From: an uncultured Thermoanaerobaculia bacterium
GTDB taxonomy: Bacteria > Acidobacteriota > Thermoanaerobaculia > Multivoradales > JAGPDF01
Reading direction: 5' to 3'
NCBI GenBank assembly: GCA_964476605.1
Contig: CAYZBH010000004.1
Coordinates: 704-64,703, forward strand
DNA: 64,000 nucleotides
Position 1 is the stretch's first letter; each line of letters starts with the position of its first letter. Below the pieces are notes generated by a model, which saw only the letters and a list, made by a program, of their open reading frames with translations, did no database searches and was not told the DNA's origin. The position numbers were made by a program, and so were the translations under genes. This document shows, one piece after another, positions 28,901 to 36,866 of this stretch.

Positions 28901-31736
28901 GATGACGCGAACCGACTACGCGGACGGTACGCACGACGCAGCCGGCTACGACGCAGAGAACCGGCGGACGACTTTCATCGATCGCGGGGGCCGGACGACG
29001 ACTTACGAGTACGACGCCGCCGGGAGGCTGCGCCGGACCTACTACCCGGACGGCGCCGTCGTCGAGCAGGTCTACGACGTCGCGGGGCGGTTGAGCTCGA
29101 CGATCGATCCGCGCGCGCACGCGACGGCCTACGGGTACGACGCCGCGGGCCGCCGAACGTCGGTCACCGACGCCCTGGGGCATATGACCTCGTGGAGCTA
29201 CGACGCGGCGGGGAACGCGACGTCGGTGACCGACGCGCGCGGCTTCACGACGGCGTCGCTCTACGACGCGCTGGGGCGGCTCACTCGGACGGTCTTTCCG
29301 GACGGGACGGAGCGGCGGACGGAGTACGACGCGTTGGGCCGCCGGACGGCCGAGATCGACGAAGCCGGGGCGCGAACCGAGTTCGGGTACGACGCTGTCG
29401 GCCGCCTGGTCTCGGTGACCGACGCGCTCGGCCAGGTGACCTCTTACGGCTACGACGAGGTCGGGAACCGGATCGCGCAGACCGACGCCAACGGCCACGT
29501 CACGCGCTTCGAGCTCGACAGTCTCGGCCGTCAGACGAAGCGGATCCTCCCCGGCGGAGCGGAGGAGCGCTTCACTTACGACGCCGCCGGGCAGCGCCGG
29601 ACCCGGACCGCCTTCGACGGGGTGGTCACCCACTACGCCTACGACCTCGCGGGGCGGCTTGCGACGCGCACCTATCCGGGCGGACGCGTCGAGAGCTTCA
29701 CCTACACGCCGAGCGGGCGGCGCGCGACGGCGACCGACGCGCGCGGCACGACGAGCTACGGTTACGACGCCCGGGATCGCGTCACGTCGATCCTCTCGCC
29801 GGACGGCCGGAGCCTCGCCTTCGCCTACGACCTCGCGGGCAACCGCTTGTCGACCACGGCCGATGTCGCTGGGCAGTCCCTTCCGACGCAGTACACCTAC
29901 GACGCCCTCAACCGCCTGGAGACGGTGACCGACCCGGACGGGAAGGTCACGGTGCACGGCTACGACGCCAACGGCAACCGGGAGAGCCTCGCCTTTCCGA
30001 ACGGCGTCGCGACGGTCTACGACTACGACGCACGGAACCGGCTGACGCACCTCGTGGCGGTCTCGCCGGTCTCGGGGGTGGTTTCGAGCTACGCCTACAC
30101 GCTTTCGCCGACCGGCAACCGGGCGCGGATCGAAGAGCAGGACGGGACGACGCGGAGCTACGGCTACGACGCGCTCTACCGGCTGACCGACGAGCAGGTG
30201 ACGTCGAGCCCGGCGCCCGGGAGCCCGACCCTCTGGCGGAACGTCTTCGGCTACGACCCAGTGGGGAACCGCCTGACCCAGCAGCGCACCGAAACGACGG
30301 GCGGCACGCACTCGGTGGCCTACGGCTACGACGCGAGAGACCGCCTGCTCACGGAAGACAGCACGACCTACGGCTGGGACGAGAACGGCAACCTGACCAG
30401 CAAGAGCGGCCCCGAGGGCGCGACCTACGTCTGGGACGACGAGAACCGCCTGACCGCGGTGAACCTCGCGAACGGCACGGTCGTCGAGCACACCTACGAC
30501 GTCGACGGCACGAGGATCAGGACGCGGACGACCCCGGCGACGGGACCCCCCACGACGACCGACTACCTCGTCGACCCCTGGCACCAGACGAGCGCGGCCG
30601 GCCGAGGCCTCGTCCTCAGCCAAGTCATAGCCGAAACCGACGAAGCCGGGAACCTCACCGCCTACCACGTCCGAGGCGACGACCTTCTCGCGACCCTGCG
30701 GCCCAACCCGACGCCACCGCCTGGCGAATCCCCCTGGATCGCGCGCTACCTCCACGCCGAAGGGATCGGGACCGTCCGGGCGCTCACGGACGAGCAAGGC
30801 AACGTCACCGATCGGTACACCCTCGAGGCGTTTGGAACGCTGCTGGATCACCTCGGGGACGATCCGAACGCGTACCTCTTCGCGGGGGAGCCGCTCGATC
30901 CGAATTCGGGCTTCTATTACAACAGGGCGAGGTGGGTGGATTCGAGGGCGGGGAGATTCGAAAGTGCTGATCCCCGCGTTGGATCCAGCTTCGAGCCTCT
31001 GACGCTTCACAGGTACCTTTACGCGGGCGCGAGTGCCACGAACCTTGTCGACCCGTCCGGGGAGGACTTCCAGGCCGTAGCTCTAGCCGCGGTGAACGCA
31101 GCGATCGGAATCCTGCAAACTGCACTTGTCTTCTCCGTTCTTGGTGCAATTGGTGGCGCTGCTGATGCTTACTTCGCCGAAGCTGATGTGGCAGCTGGTT
31201 TTGTCAGCGGGATGAAGGTCGGGTTCGCAACGGGCCTCCTCTGGCGACTCAAGTTCCTGCGGCCAACACTGACGGCACTTGGCCTGACGCTTGGCGCGAC
31301 GGCAACGTTTCAGGCGTTCATGGACGGCGACACAGGGCTCGCACTGTTCAGGGGCATCGTGTTCGTCGCTGGCGTTGCCGGAGTAGTCACGGCTGGTGGA
31401 ACGCATCCCGGCGGAGAGATGATCGTGTATCGCTCGGTCAACTCGGCGACCGGTGAGATCCAATATGTGGGCATCACAAGGAACCTTGCAGCCCGCGCTG
31501 CTGCGCACCTGCGCCAGAAGGGAATCGAAATTGAGCCGATTGGTGGGATTGAGGACTTGAGTATGACCGATGCCCGGAATGTCGAGGAAGCTCTCATCGT
31601 CTACTACGGGCTCGGCAAGAACGGAGGTACGCTGCTAAATAGAATCCACAGCATCTCACCACGAAGCCCAATATACGCTGAGCGGCTCTCTCGGGGCGTG
31701 CAGTTGCTTCGCGGAGCAGGTTACCCAGACATCTAG
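25902..31736 (+). CDS. RHS/YD-repeat polymorphic toxin (Tc-toxin BC-fusion-like): signal/Pro-rich N-terminus, SpvB-like domain, >40 YD repeats, RHS-associated core, C-terminal hydrophobic linker + GIY-YIG-type nuclease toxin domain
   Basis: - Start ATGA overlaps the stop of the upstream adhesin (translational coupling).
- SpvB-like: VPLAGLPIQVLRGYDSRRRGSSGDFGYGWKLEL.
- Dozens of YDxxGNL / YxYDxxGRL repeats.
- RHS core: VDPWHQTS...YYNRARWVDSRAGRFESADP...HRYLYAGASATNLVDPSGE.
- C-terminal ~245 aa is lower-GC and contains GEMIVYRSVNSATGEIQYVGITRN...R...H...E..LI...N (GIY-x11-YVG, R, E, N motifs). Confidence 0.85.
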   Translation: MMCAKRSMFGDGQRLVARLLIAASLLPTGPVMGLGLLAPEELGIAVVERVPLDGRELTVRVRTTTFDVVRDRAARVWSSWPPRFARFSVFELPTWISARGGSGGSLPFTGGGPRNALLRWLQADGATTSGSSVPAPQAQPAAGDPSDPWGIREGWRRPVLPAPPTPPDFALPSPGGAANAVARPGTLRPAAPVPLAPAWNLVSISWTPGDPSPAAVLAPVASSIVRAFAFDACDPSDPWKLYDPSDPGESDLAAITPAKGFWLETTGASTIPEAGPEPAETSIPLCVGWNLVGFPRSSSQAVATALATIAGRYLRVFGFDPSDAADPWEVYDVGVPAWANDLQEMRPGRGYWIYATEATTLVVSNSTDAPTVSFVAPADLAEVTERAPVVGTVRSTSLAGWELSFREAGVGGWTSLATGIAPVEASPLATFDPTLLENGLYELRLHAVDTLGQVDEATIALSVEGQQKIGHFSLTFVDLEVPLAGLPIQVLRGYDSRRRGSSGDFGYGWKLELKSGTLRHNRIPGEGWQLAGGFLPCEASYELDSHQSTVRLSDREVYRFRPVLSSLTPTAGGCFATFGYAFVDGPIPGATLEVVGNRQVFYTNGGTQLVDTESFTLYEPAKVRLRTRDGRQFELDRPNGVTRIVDANGNRIDFTPTGISHSNGVSIVLERDGQGRITRVVDPAGAELLYGYGGSGDLATFTDRAASVTSFAYGAGHYLTEIHDPLGRTPIRNEYGPDGRLTRHVDAFGHEILYDHQLDGRREVVTNRLGASRLLDYDARGNVVHEVDETGLSTVRTFDADDQLLSESIGGLPATTYAYDANRNLTRTTDPLGHATLFTYDAKGNVLTTTDPRGAVTTNAYDARGNLVSTIDPAGGSTAYTYDAKGNLLSETDALGHASAFVYDARGNLTRETDALGSVATYSYDTLGNRRSETRTRTLPDGTLEPQVTGYIYDAMGRLLATTAPDGSVTRSEYDALGNVAATVDALDRRTEHTYDALGRMTRTDYADGTHDAAGYDAENRRTTFIDRGGRTTTYEYDAAGRLRRTYYPDGAVVEQVYDVAGRLSSTIDPRAHATAYGYDAAGRRTSVTDALGHMTSWSYDAAGNATSVTDARGFTTASLYDALGRLTRTVFPDGTERRTEYDALGRRTAEIDEAGARTEFGYDAVGRLVSVTDALGQVTSYGYDEVGNRIAQTDANGHVTRFELDSLGRQTKRILPGGAEERFTYDAAGQRRTRTAFDGVVTHYAYDLAGRLATRTYPGGRVESFTYTPSGRRATATDARGTTSYGYDARDRVTSILSPDGRSLAFAYDLAGNRLSTTADVAGQSLPTQYTYDALNRLETVTDPDGKVTVHGYDANGNRESLAFPNGVATVYDYDARNRLTHLVAVSPVSGVVSSYAYTLSPTGNRARIEEQDGTTRSYGYDALYRLTDEQVTSSPAPGSPTLWRNVFGYDPVGNRLTQQRTETTGGTHSVAYGYDARDRLLTEDSTTYGWDENGNLTSKSGPEGATYVWDDENRLTAVNLANGTVVEHTYDVDGTRIRTRTTPATGPPTTTDYLVDPWHQTSAAGRGLVLSQVIAETDEAGNLTAYHVRGDDLLATLRPNPTPPPGESPWIARYLHAEGIGTVRALTDEQGNVTDRYTLEAFGTLLDHLGDDPNAYLFAGEPLDPNSGFYYNRARWVDSRAGRFESADPRVGSSFEPLTLHRYLYAGASATNLVDPSGEDFQAVALAAVNAAIGILQTALVFSVLGAIGGAADAYFAEADVAAGFVSGMKVGFATGLLWRLKFLRPTLTALGLTLGATATFQAFMDGDTGLALFRGIVFVAGVAGVVTAGGTHPGGEMIVYRSVNSATGEIQYVGITRNLAARAAAHLRQKGIEIEPIGGIEDLSMTDARNVEEALIVYYGLGKNGGTLLNRIHSISPRSPIYAERLSRGVQLLRGAGYPDI

Positions 31737-31744
31737 CGGGAGAG

Positions 31745-32221
31745 TTGCAATTGACAAAGATAGGCGACGTCTTCGGAATCCAGACCAAGATTGGGCTAGC
31801 CCTCTTTCAGGTTACTCACCGCCATTCGCAGCTGGGTCACCTGATCCGAGTTCTTGAAGGTCACTTCTCTGTTTGCCCGGAAGACCTGGAGGTACTAGTG
31901 ACTCGGCCTCATCGATTCCTCACTTTCTTTCCAGTTACTGCCGCCGAGAAGCGAGGCATCATCAGGAAGGTGGGGAGCCTCGGAGTTCCGGAGTCTTGCA
32001 AGGCGTTTCCAGTGTTTCGCGCGGCCGGTGCAACTGATCGAAAGGGAAGGGTGCTGACCTGGTGGCTCTGGGATGGTTCGCGAAGTTGGCCAGCTGGAGA
32101 TTTGAGCGACGAACAGCGAAAGCTCCCCATACGAGCGGTCTGGAACGACACTCTGCTGATTGAGCGGATTGACGCTGGATGGACGCCGGAGTCTGACGCT
32201 AGAGGGGAGAAGATGGGCTGA
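31745..32221 (+). CDS. Putative cognate immunity protein for the RHS C-terminal nuclease
   Basis: 158-aa ORF starting 9 bp after the RHS stop, same strand. Lies in the same low-GC tract as the toxin tip. No signal peptide and no recognisable family. Position and composition are the only evidence. Confidence 0.45.
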   Translation: MQLTKIGDVFGIQTKIGLALFQVTHRHSQLGHLIRVLEGHFSVCPEDLEVLVTRPHRFLTFFPVTAAEKRGIIRKVGSLGVPESCKAFPVFRAAGATDRKGRVLTWWLWDGSRSWPAGDLSDEQRKLPIRAVWNDTLLIERIDAGWTPESDARGEKMG

Positions 32222-32261
32222 AGACGGCGCTCAGAAGACGGCGCTCAAGGAAGAGAGGTCC

Positions 32262-32600
32262 GAAAAGGTGCCAGCCGTTTCTCCGAAGCTTCTAGAGGCA
32301 TCTTGAATTCGAGAGCGGATCTCTTGGGCAGCAATCTCCCGCGACGAGGTTCTGTGGCGAGATGAAGGGCTCGTGGCCTCGGCAGTAGCGCGCGGAGATT
32401 CGCCCCAAAATGATGCCAACATGGTGCCAGCCGTTTTTCTGGACTGCTGAAGCGAAAAGGGGAAAAGGTGCCAGCCGTTTTCCTAGTTTTCCTAGGCTTC
32501 TTCAGGCATCTTGAATTCGAGAGCGGTTCTCTTGGGCAGCAAACTCTCGCGGCGAGGTTCTGTGGCGAGAAGAAGGGCTCGTGAACAGCGGCGGTAGCGC
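32262..32600. repeat. Direct repeat array, period ~199 bp (2 full copies + partial), each copy beginning with a REP-like GGTGCCAGCCGTTT core
   Basis: 32262-32395 and 32461-32600 align at ~85% (GAAAAGGTGCCAGCCGTTT...CATCTTGAATTCGAGAGCGG.TCTCTTGGGCAGCAA.CTC.CGCG.CGAGGTTCTGTGGCGAGA.GAAGGGCTCGTG). A partial third REP sits at 32423-32438. Non-coding. Lies between the immunity gene and the 3' end of the RAYT gene. Confidence 0.6.
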
Positions 32601-32758
32601 GTGGAGCCTTGCTCTGAGCGTCACCTGACGCAAGTGCGCATCGTATACGGGCGAGGTCCCCGTGAGGCGTCACCGAGCGGTGGTCACATCTCGCGGCCCT
32701 ACATCGGCCCAGCGACTCACCTAGGCCCTTTGTTCAGGATTCGATCGAGTCGCGGCTC

Positions 32759-33688
32759 CTACCCGGAGGCGAAGCGGCGCGGTAGCGCAGGCGGGAAGGA
32801 GCCCTCGGGGAAGAGGACGTCGAGTGTTCCCGTGCGCAGCCGATCGGCGGCGCGGCGATACGCGTTGAGGAATCCCCGATAGGCCTCGCGGAGGGCCGTT
32901 CGAGCTGTCCGTGAGGCGGCATGGACGAGCGGGGCGGGGCCCTTCTTGAGCCGGTTCGGTTCGTGGTGGGGATCTTGCCGCAACACGCCCTCCCAGCCGA
33001 GCGGTGGCGCTCCCGTCTGGCGTTCCTGGTTGCGCCCTTCCTGCTCGATTCCGTCGACCAGGTCCCAAATGTGGCTCCTCCGCCGTGATTCGGTAAGCCC
33101 TCTCCAGCAAGGGAGTTGCACGAGCTCAAGCGATTCGACCGTGACGAACGCCTCGGGATCGAGGGGAAGGCGCCGGCGGGCTGCGGTGTGCTCGAGCGTG
33201 CGGTCGATCCAGCGGCCGGAAACGGGCTGATTCTCGAGCAGAGCCTTGGCGCAATGGGCGCCGGGCCAGTCGAAGGGAGAAGACACGAGGCCCTCTTTGA
33301 CGCCATGAGCGAGGACGTAGCGGAGGCGAGCGATTTGGGCCTCCTCCTCGCTGGAGACCAGGATCGCTTGGTATCTCCGGCCCCAGAATTTCTCACGCCA
33401 GCGGATGAGCCGCCCGGCTTCGCGGGCGAGATTGGAGTTGAGGTAGTTCATGAAGCTGGCCAGCCGCTGTGCGCTCTCGACGGTCACCAGCAGGTGGAAA
33501 TGATTGGAGAGAAAGGCGAAGGCGTGGAGCTCGACCGGGTAGAGGCGCGCGGCCCGAGCGAGGACGCCGAGCGTCAGGTCGCGGAGGATCGGCGTGGGGC
33601 TGAGAAGGAGCCGGCCCTGCACGGTCCGACAGGTGACTTCGACGAGCGATCCAGGCGGAATGAAGCGCAACCGGCGACACATACTCAC
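32759..33688 (-). CDS. IS200/IS605-family Y1 (HUH) transposase, REP-associated tyrosine transposase (RAYT)-like
   Basis: HUH motif NHFHLLVTV. Downstream conserved W..RRYQAIL segment carrying the candidate catalytic Tyr (REKFWGRRYQAILVSSEEE). ~300 aa. Flanked on both sides by REP-like repeats. Confidence 0.7.
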   Translation of the reverse strand: MSMCRRLRFIPPGSLVEVTCRTVQGRLLLSPTPILRDLTLGVLARAARLYPVELHAFAFLSNHFHLLVTVESAQRLASFMNYLNSNLAREAGRLIRWREKFWGRRYQAILVSSEEEAQIARLRYVLAHGVKEGLVSSPFDWPGAHCAKALLENQPVSGRWIDRTLEHTAARRRLPLDPEAFVTVESLELVQLPCWRGLTESRRRSHIWDLVDGIEQEGRNQERQTGAPPLGWEGVLRQDPHHEPNRLKKGPAPLVHAASRTARTALREAYRGFLNAYRRAADRLRTGTLDVLFPEGSFPPALPRRFASG

Positions 33689-33707
33689 CTAGGACGAAAG
33701 GGGAGGG

Positions 33708-33777
33708 TCACTTCTTTCGGAAATCGGCTGGCACCTGGCCGGCCAGAGCTACTTCTTTCGGAAATCGGCTGGCACCT
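33708..33777. repeat. Tandemly duplicated 27-bp REP-containing unit (ACTTCTTTCGGAAATCGGCTGGCACCT x2) immediately upstream of the RAYT start
   Basis: Copies at 33708-33736 and 33749-33777. Confidence 0.6.
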
Positions 33778-33889
33778 CACCTAGCCAGGTACGGGGCAGG
33801 CGAAACGTCCGCCGGGAGACCGCATCGAAGGGGAGGGGCAATCCGCGGAGACGACGCGCTCCGTAGAAGAGGGGGGAGGACCTCGAGCG

Positions 33890-34843
33890 ATGAGCGAGAC
33901 GACCAACCGGCCGTTGACTCCGGCCGACGTGACGCCGAAGGCGGTCTACGATCGCCGCAAGGTCCTGGTGGGAATGATCGCGGCAGGGGGGGCTTTCGCC
34001 GGGCTCGATGCTCTGGTCGCGAACGACTCGAGTCCCGTCGGTGGCGGGGCGCCGCTTTCCGGCTTCCAGAAGTGGGCGGCGAGCACCGGCGAGACGGTGA
34101 CGCCGATCGGCGACGTCACCACCTACAACAATTTCTACGAGTTCGGGACCGACAAATCGGACCCGGCGGAGAATGCCCACACGCTCGTGACCTCCCCCTG
34201 GACGGTCGAGATCTCGGGCGAGGTGGGAAAGCCCCGGTCCTTCTCGCTCGAGGAGCTGCGGGCGCTCGCGCCGCTCGAGGAGCGGATCTACCGCCACCGT
34301 TGCGTCGAAGCCTGGTCGATCGTGGTCCCCTGGATCGGTTATCCCCTGGCCGAGCTCCTCCGCCGCGTCGAGCCCACCGCGAAGGCGAAGTACGTGGCGT
34401 TCCAGAGTCTCTACGACCCGAAGCAGATGCCGCTCGGCAAGCGCGCTGGCATTCCGCTGCCCTACGTCGAGGGTCTCCGCCTCGACGAAGCGATGCACCC
34501 GCTCGCGCTCCTCACCTTCGGCATGTACGGTCAGACGCTCCCCAAGCAGGACGGCGCGCCCGTCCGGCTCGTCGTCCCCTGGAAGTACGGGTTCAAGAGC
34601 ATCAAGTCGATCGTCGCGATCCGCCTCGTCGAGAAGGAGCCACCCACGACCTGGAACCTCACGAGCCCGGACGAATACGGCTTCTACTCGAACGTGAATC
34701 CGGAGGTCGACCACCCACGCTGGAGCCAAAAGACGGAGCGCCGGCTGGGAGAGTTCTTCCGGCGTCCGACCCAGATGTTCAACGGTTACGCGGACCAGGT
34801 CGCTTCGCTCTACGCCGGCTTGGACCTCCGCAAGAACTTCTGA
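33890..34843 (+). CDS. msrP: Protein-methionine-sulfoxide reductase catalytic subunit MsrP (YedY), molybdopterin oxidoreductase
   Basis: Twin-Arg-like N-terminus. Conserved YNNFYEFG and HRCVEAWS segments. Length 317 aa. Followed by the MsrQ partner. Confidence 0.85.
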   Translation: MSETTNRPLTPADVTPKAVYDRRKVLVGMIAAGGAFAGLDALVANDSSPVGGGAPLSGFQKWAASTGETVTPIGDVTTYNNFYEFGTDKSDPAENAHTLVTSPWTVEISGEVGKPRSFSLEELRALAPLEERIYRHRCVEAWSIVVPWIGYPLAELLRRVEPTAKAKYVAFQSLYDPKQMPLGKRAGIPLPYVEGLRLDEAMHPLALLTFGMYGQTLPKQDGAPVRLVVPWKYGFKSIKSIVAIRLVEKEPPTTWNLTSPDEYGFYSNVNPEVDHPRWSQKTERRLGEFFRRPTQMFNGYADQVASLYAGLDLRKNF

Positions 34844-34845
34844 CC

Positions 34846-35487
34846 GTGCTCGGTCGCCTCGACGCCGCCCTCGCCAGCCGTTGGGCGAAGGGGGTGCTCT
34901 TCCTCGCCGCCCTGGCGCCGCTCGCGGTGCTCGTGGCACGCGTCGCCGGGCACCGAGCCTCGGCCAACCCGATCGAGTTCGTGGAGCATTGGCTCGGCGA
35001 CTGGACGCTCCGGCTGCTCCTGACGACGCTCGCGGTGACGCCGCTCCGCAAGGCGCTTCACCTGCCGCGCCTGGTGCGTTTTCGCCGCATGCTGGGTTTG
35101 TTCGCTTTCTTCTACGGTGCCCTGCACCTGGCGGCCTGGGTGGTGCTCGACCACTTCTTCGACCTCGCGGCGATGGGGGCCGACCTCCTCAAGCGACGCT
35201 ACATCACGGTCGGGGCGCTGGCGCTCCTCCTCCTGGTGCCACTCGCGGTGACCTCGACCAACGGCTGGATGCGCCGCCTGGGGGGGAAGCGCTGGCAGCG
35301 CCTGCACCGGCTGGTCTATCTCGCGGCCGCGCTCGGCGTCGTGCACTACCTCTGGCTGGTCAAGTCCGACCGCACGAAGCCGCTCGAGTACGCCTTCGTC
35401 CTCGGCGTCCTGCTCGCGGCGCGCCTCGTCCCCCGCCTCACCGGGACCTTCCGGCGCCACTCCGACAAGGTGCCAGCCGATTCGTAG
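34846..35487 (+). CDS. msrQ: Heme-binding membrane subunit MsrQ (YedZ)
   Basis: GTG start 3 bp after the msrP stop. In frame with the back half of track ORF 34072..35487. 6 TM helices with conserved His. Its msrQ identity is inferred from synteny with msrP. Confidence 0.7.
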   Translation: MLGRLDAALASRWAKGVLFLAALAPLAVLVARVAGHRASANPIEFVEHWLGDWTLRLLLTTLAVTPLRKALHLPRLVRFRRMLGLFAFFYGALHLAAWVVLDHFFDLAAMGADLLKRRYITVGALALLLLVPLAVTSTNGWMRRLGGKRWQRLHRLVYLAAALGVVHYLWLVKSDRTKPLEYAFVLGVLLAARLVPRLTGTFRRHSDKVPADS

Positions 35488-35590
35488 CCCTTTGGACCAG
35501 GGTGACAGTGCGAGAATCAGAGCCGGCCGCTCGATCGTGGCCCCTCCTGGGGTCCAGATTCGCGGGATATCGGAAAATCGGCTGGCACCT
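35469..35590. repeat. Inverted pair of REP-like copies (GGTGCCAGCCGATTCG at 35469-35484; GGAAAATCGGCTGGCACCT at 35573-35590)
   Basis: Located at the 3' end of msrQ / intergenic. The first copy overlaps the last codons of msrQ. Confidence 0.55.
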
Positions 35591-35614
35591 GGCGAGGAGC
35601 AGCTGGCGAGGAGG

Positions 35615-36373
35615 CTAGACGATCGGCGGATCGGACGCCCGCGACGCCGCCCGGCGCACCACCACCGTGTCCGCGGCGCGGTCGTGGCCGAGGCGGCGGT
35701 TCGGGTCGCGCCAGAGATCGAAGAGACCCAGGCCGAGCGTCCCGAGGATGCCGAAGTAGGCACCGAAACGTTCCACGCTCTCGAGGAGCGAGAGCTTGCG
35801 TCCGTCGAGCCTGAGGACGCGCAAGCCGAGCCACCGCTTCCCGAGAGTGGTTCCCCAGAGCGAGGTCGCGACCGCGAAATAGACCGCGGGGACGAAGAAG
35901 AGTGCCGCGGTGCGGATCGACGCCGGAATCAGCCGCTCCACCGGAAGCCGAACCGTGTCGGCGGGCAGCTTCGCCTGGCCTCCGAGCTGGAGCGTCACCA
36001 GGAGCCGGAGCGTAGCGAGCTGATCGGCGGCGAGGTCGAGCGTCCCCTCTTCGATGGCCGCACGCGTCGCCGCCGGGAGACCCTCGGCATCGACCCGCGC
36101 CAGGACCGGCACGAGATCGCGGAGCAGAGCGTGCTGCGCTTCCGGGTCTTCTGGATAGGCGACGAGCGCGGTGCGGACGGCCCGGAAGCCGGCTGGATCG
36201 GTCGCGTAGAGAGCGAGCGCCGCGAAAGCGAGGGCGGTCGCGAGCGTCGGCAAAAGGAGCAGGAGCGAGTCGGCCGCGAAAGCCGCCACCCGCCGGCGAG
36301 GCGAGGGCAGAGCGCAGCCGGCGAGACCGGGGTTCACGGTGAGCGGGGAAGGATCGAATCGACGGTCGGTCAT
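35615..36373 (-). CDS. RDD-family membrane protein
   Basis: ORF 35615..37042 trimmed to MTDRRFDPS... at 36373. TM helices. C-terminal RDD-type segment: TTLGKRWLGLRVLRLDG...DLWRDPNRRLGHDRAADTVVV. Confidence 0.55.
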   Translation of the reverse strand: MTDRRFDPSPLTVNPGLAGCALPSPRRRVAAFAADSLLLLLPTLATALAFAALALYATDPAGFRAVRTALVAYPEDPEAQHALLRDLVPVLARVDAEGLPAATRAAIEEGTLDLAADQLATLRLLVTLQLGGQAKLPADTVRLPVERLIPASIRTAALFFVPAVYFAVATSLWGTTLGKRWLGLRVLRLDGRKLSLLESVERFGAYFGILGTLGLGLFDLWRDPNRRLGHDRAADTVVVRRAASRASDPPIV

Positions 36374-36401
36374 GGCGGGCTCCGGCGGAACCAGCCCATT
36401 C

Positions 36402-36461
36402 GGGGGATTGGCGAATCGGCTGGCACCTGGACGGGGGATTGGCGAATCGGCTGGCACCTGG
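36402..36461. repeat. Tandem duplication of a 31-bp REP-containing unit (ACGGGGGATTGGCGAATCGGCTGGCACCTGG x2)
   Basis: Copies at about 36400-36430 and 36431-36461. Between the RDD gene start and the DUF1801 gene end. Confidence 0.6.
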
Positions 36462-36476
36462 CTGGGCTGGCGGGGA

Positions 36477-36866
36477 TCACTTGAGGCGAACCAGCTCTCC
36501 CTTGCGGCGCACGATGTTCTTGTAGTCCCACTGGATGTCGCGCGCCTTGGCGAGCCAGCGCGGCAGGTCCTCGAGATCCACCTGGCCGGCTTCGGTGTAG
36601 CGCGCCTCGGCCGCGCGGAAGCTCCCTTCCGGAGCGAGCGCCTCTTCGTCGAACGACTGGCCGCTCCAGAAGAGGAGGCGGATGCACCCCTTGAGCTTGC
36701 CGTATCCGACCACCGGATTGCCGTCGAGGAACCAGACCGGATGGGCGTGCCAGACCTTGTTCTCGGCCTCCGGAAGTCCGCGCTCGATCTCCCGCGCCAG
36801 GAGCTCGCAGATCTCGCGCTCCGCCGGCGCCTGCGCCTGGTTGTAGCGAATCGTGTCGAGATCCAT
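36477..36866 (-). CDS. DUF1801 (YdhG-like) small protein
   Basis: 129 aa. The AHPVWFLDGNPVVGYGKLKGCIRLLFWSG segment is typical of DUF1801. Confidence 0.55.
   Translation of the reverse strand: MDLDTIRYNQAQAPAEREICELLAREIERGLPEAENKVWHAHPVWFLDGNPVVGYGKLKGCIRLLFWSGQSFDEEALAPEGSFRAAEARYTEAGQVDLEDLPRWLAKARDIQWDYKNIVRRKGELVRLK

Noticed and set aside
17689-31010. Antisense ORFs of 747, 1,333 and 2,011 aa (17689..19932, 20086..24087, 24975..31010) opposite the adhesin and RHS genes
   Set aside because: No domain signatures. Extreme Arg/Asp/Gly/Val bias mirrors the codon positions of the real plus-strand genes. Classic high-GC shadow ORFs.
32262-32600. ~199-bp direct repeats as a possible CRISPR array
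   Set aside because: Repeat unit is far too long (~135 bp) with only 2.3 copies. Units are ~85% not 100% identical. No cas genes. Intervening segments are homologous to each other rather than unique spacers.
34072-34845. N-terminal 258 codons of track ORF 34072..35487
   Set aside because: That frame overlaps msrP out of frame. Only the portion from GTG 34846 encodes the MsrQ-like membrane protein.
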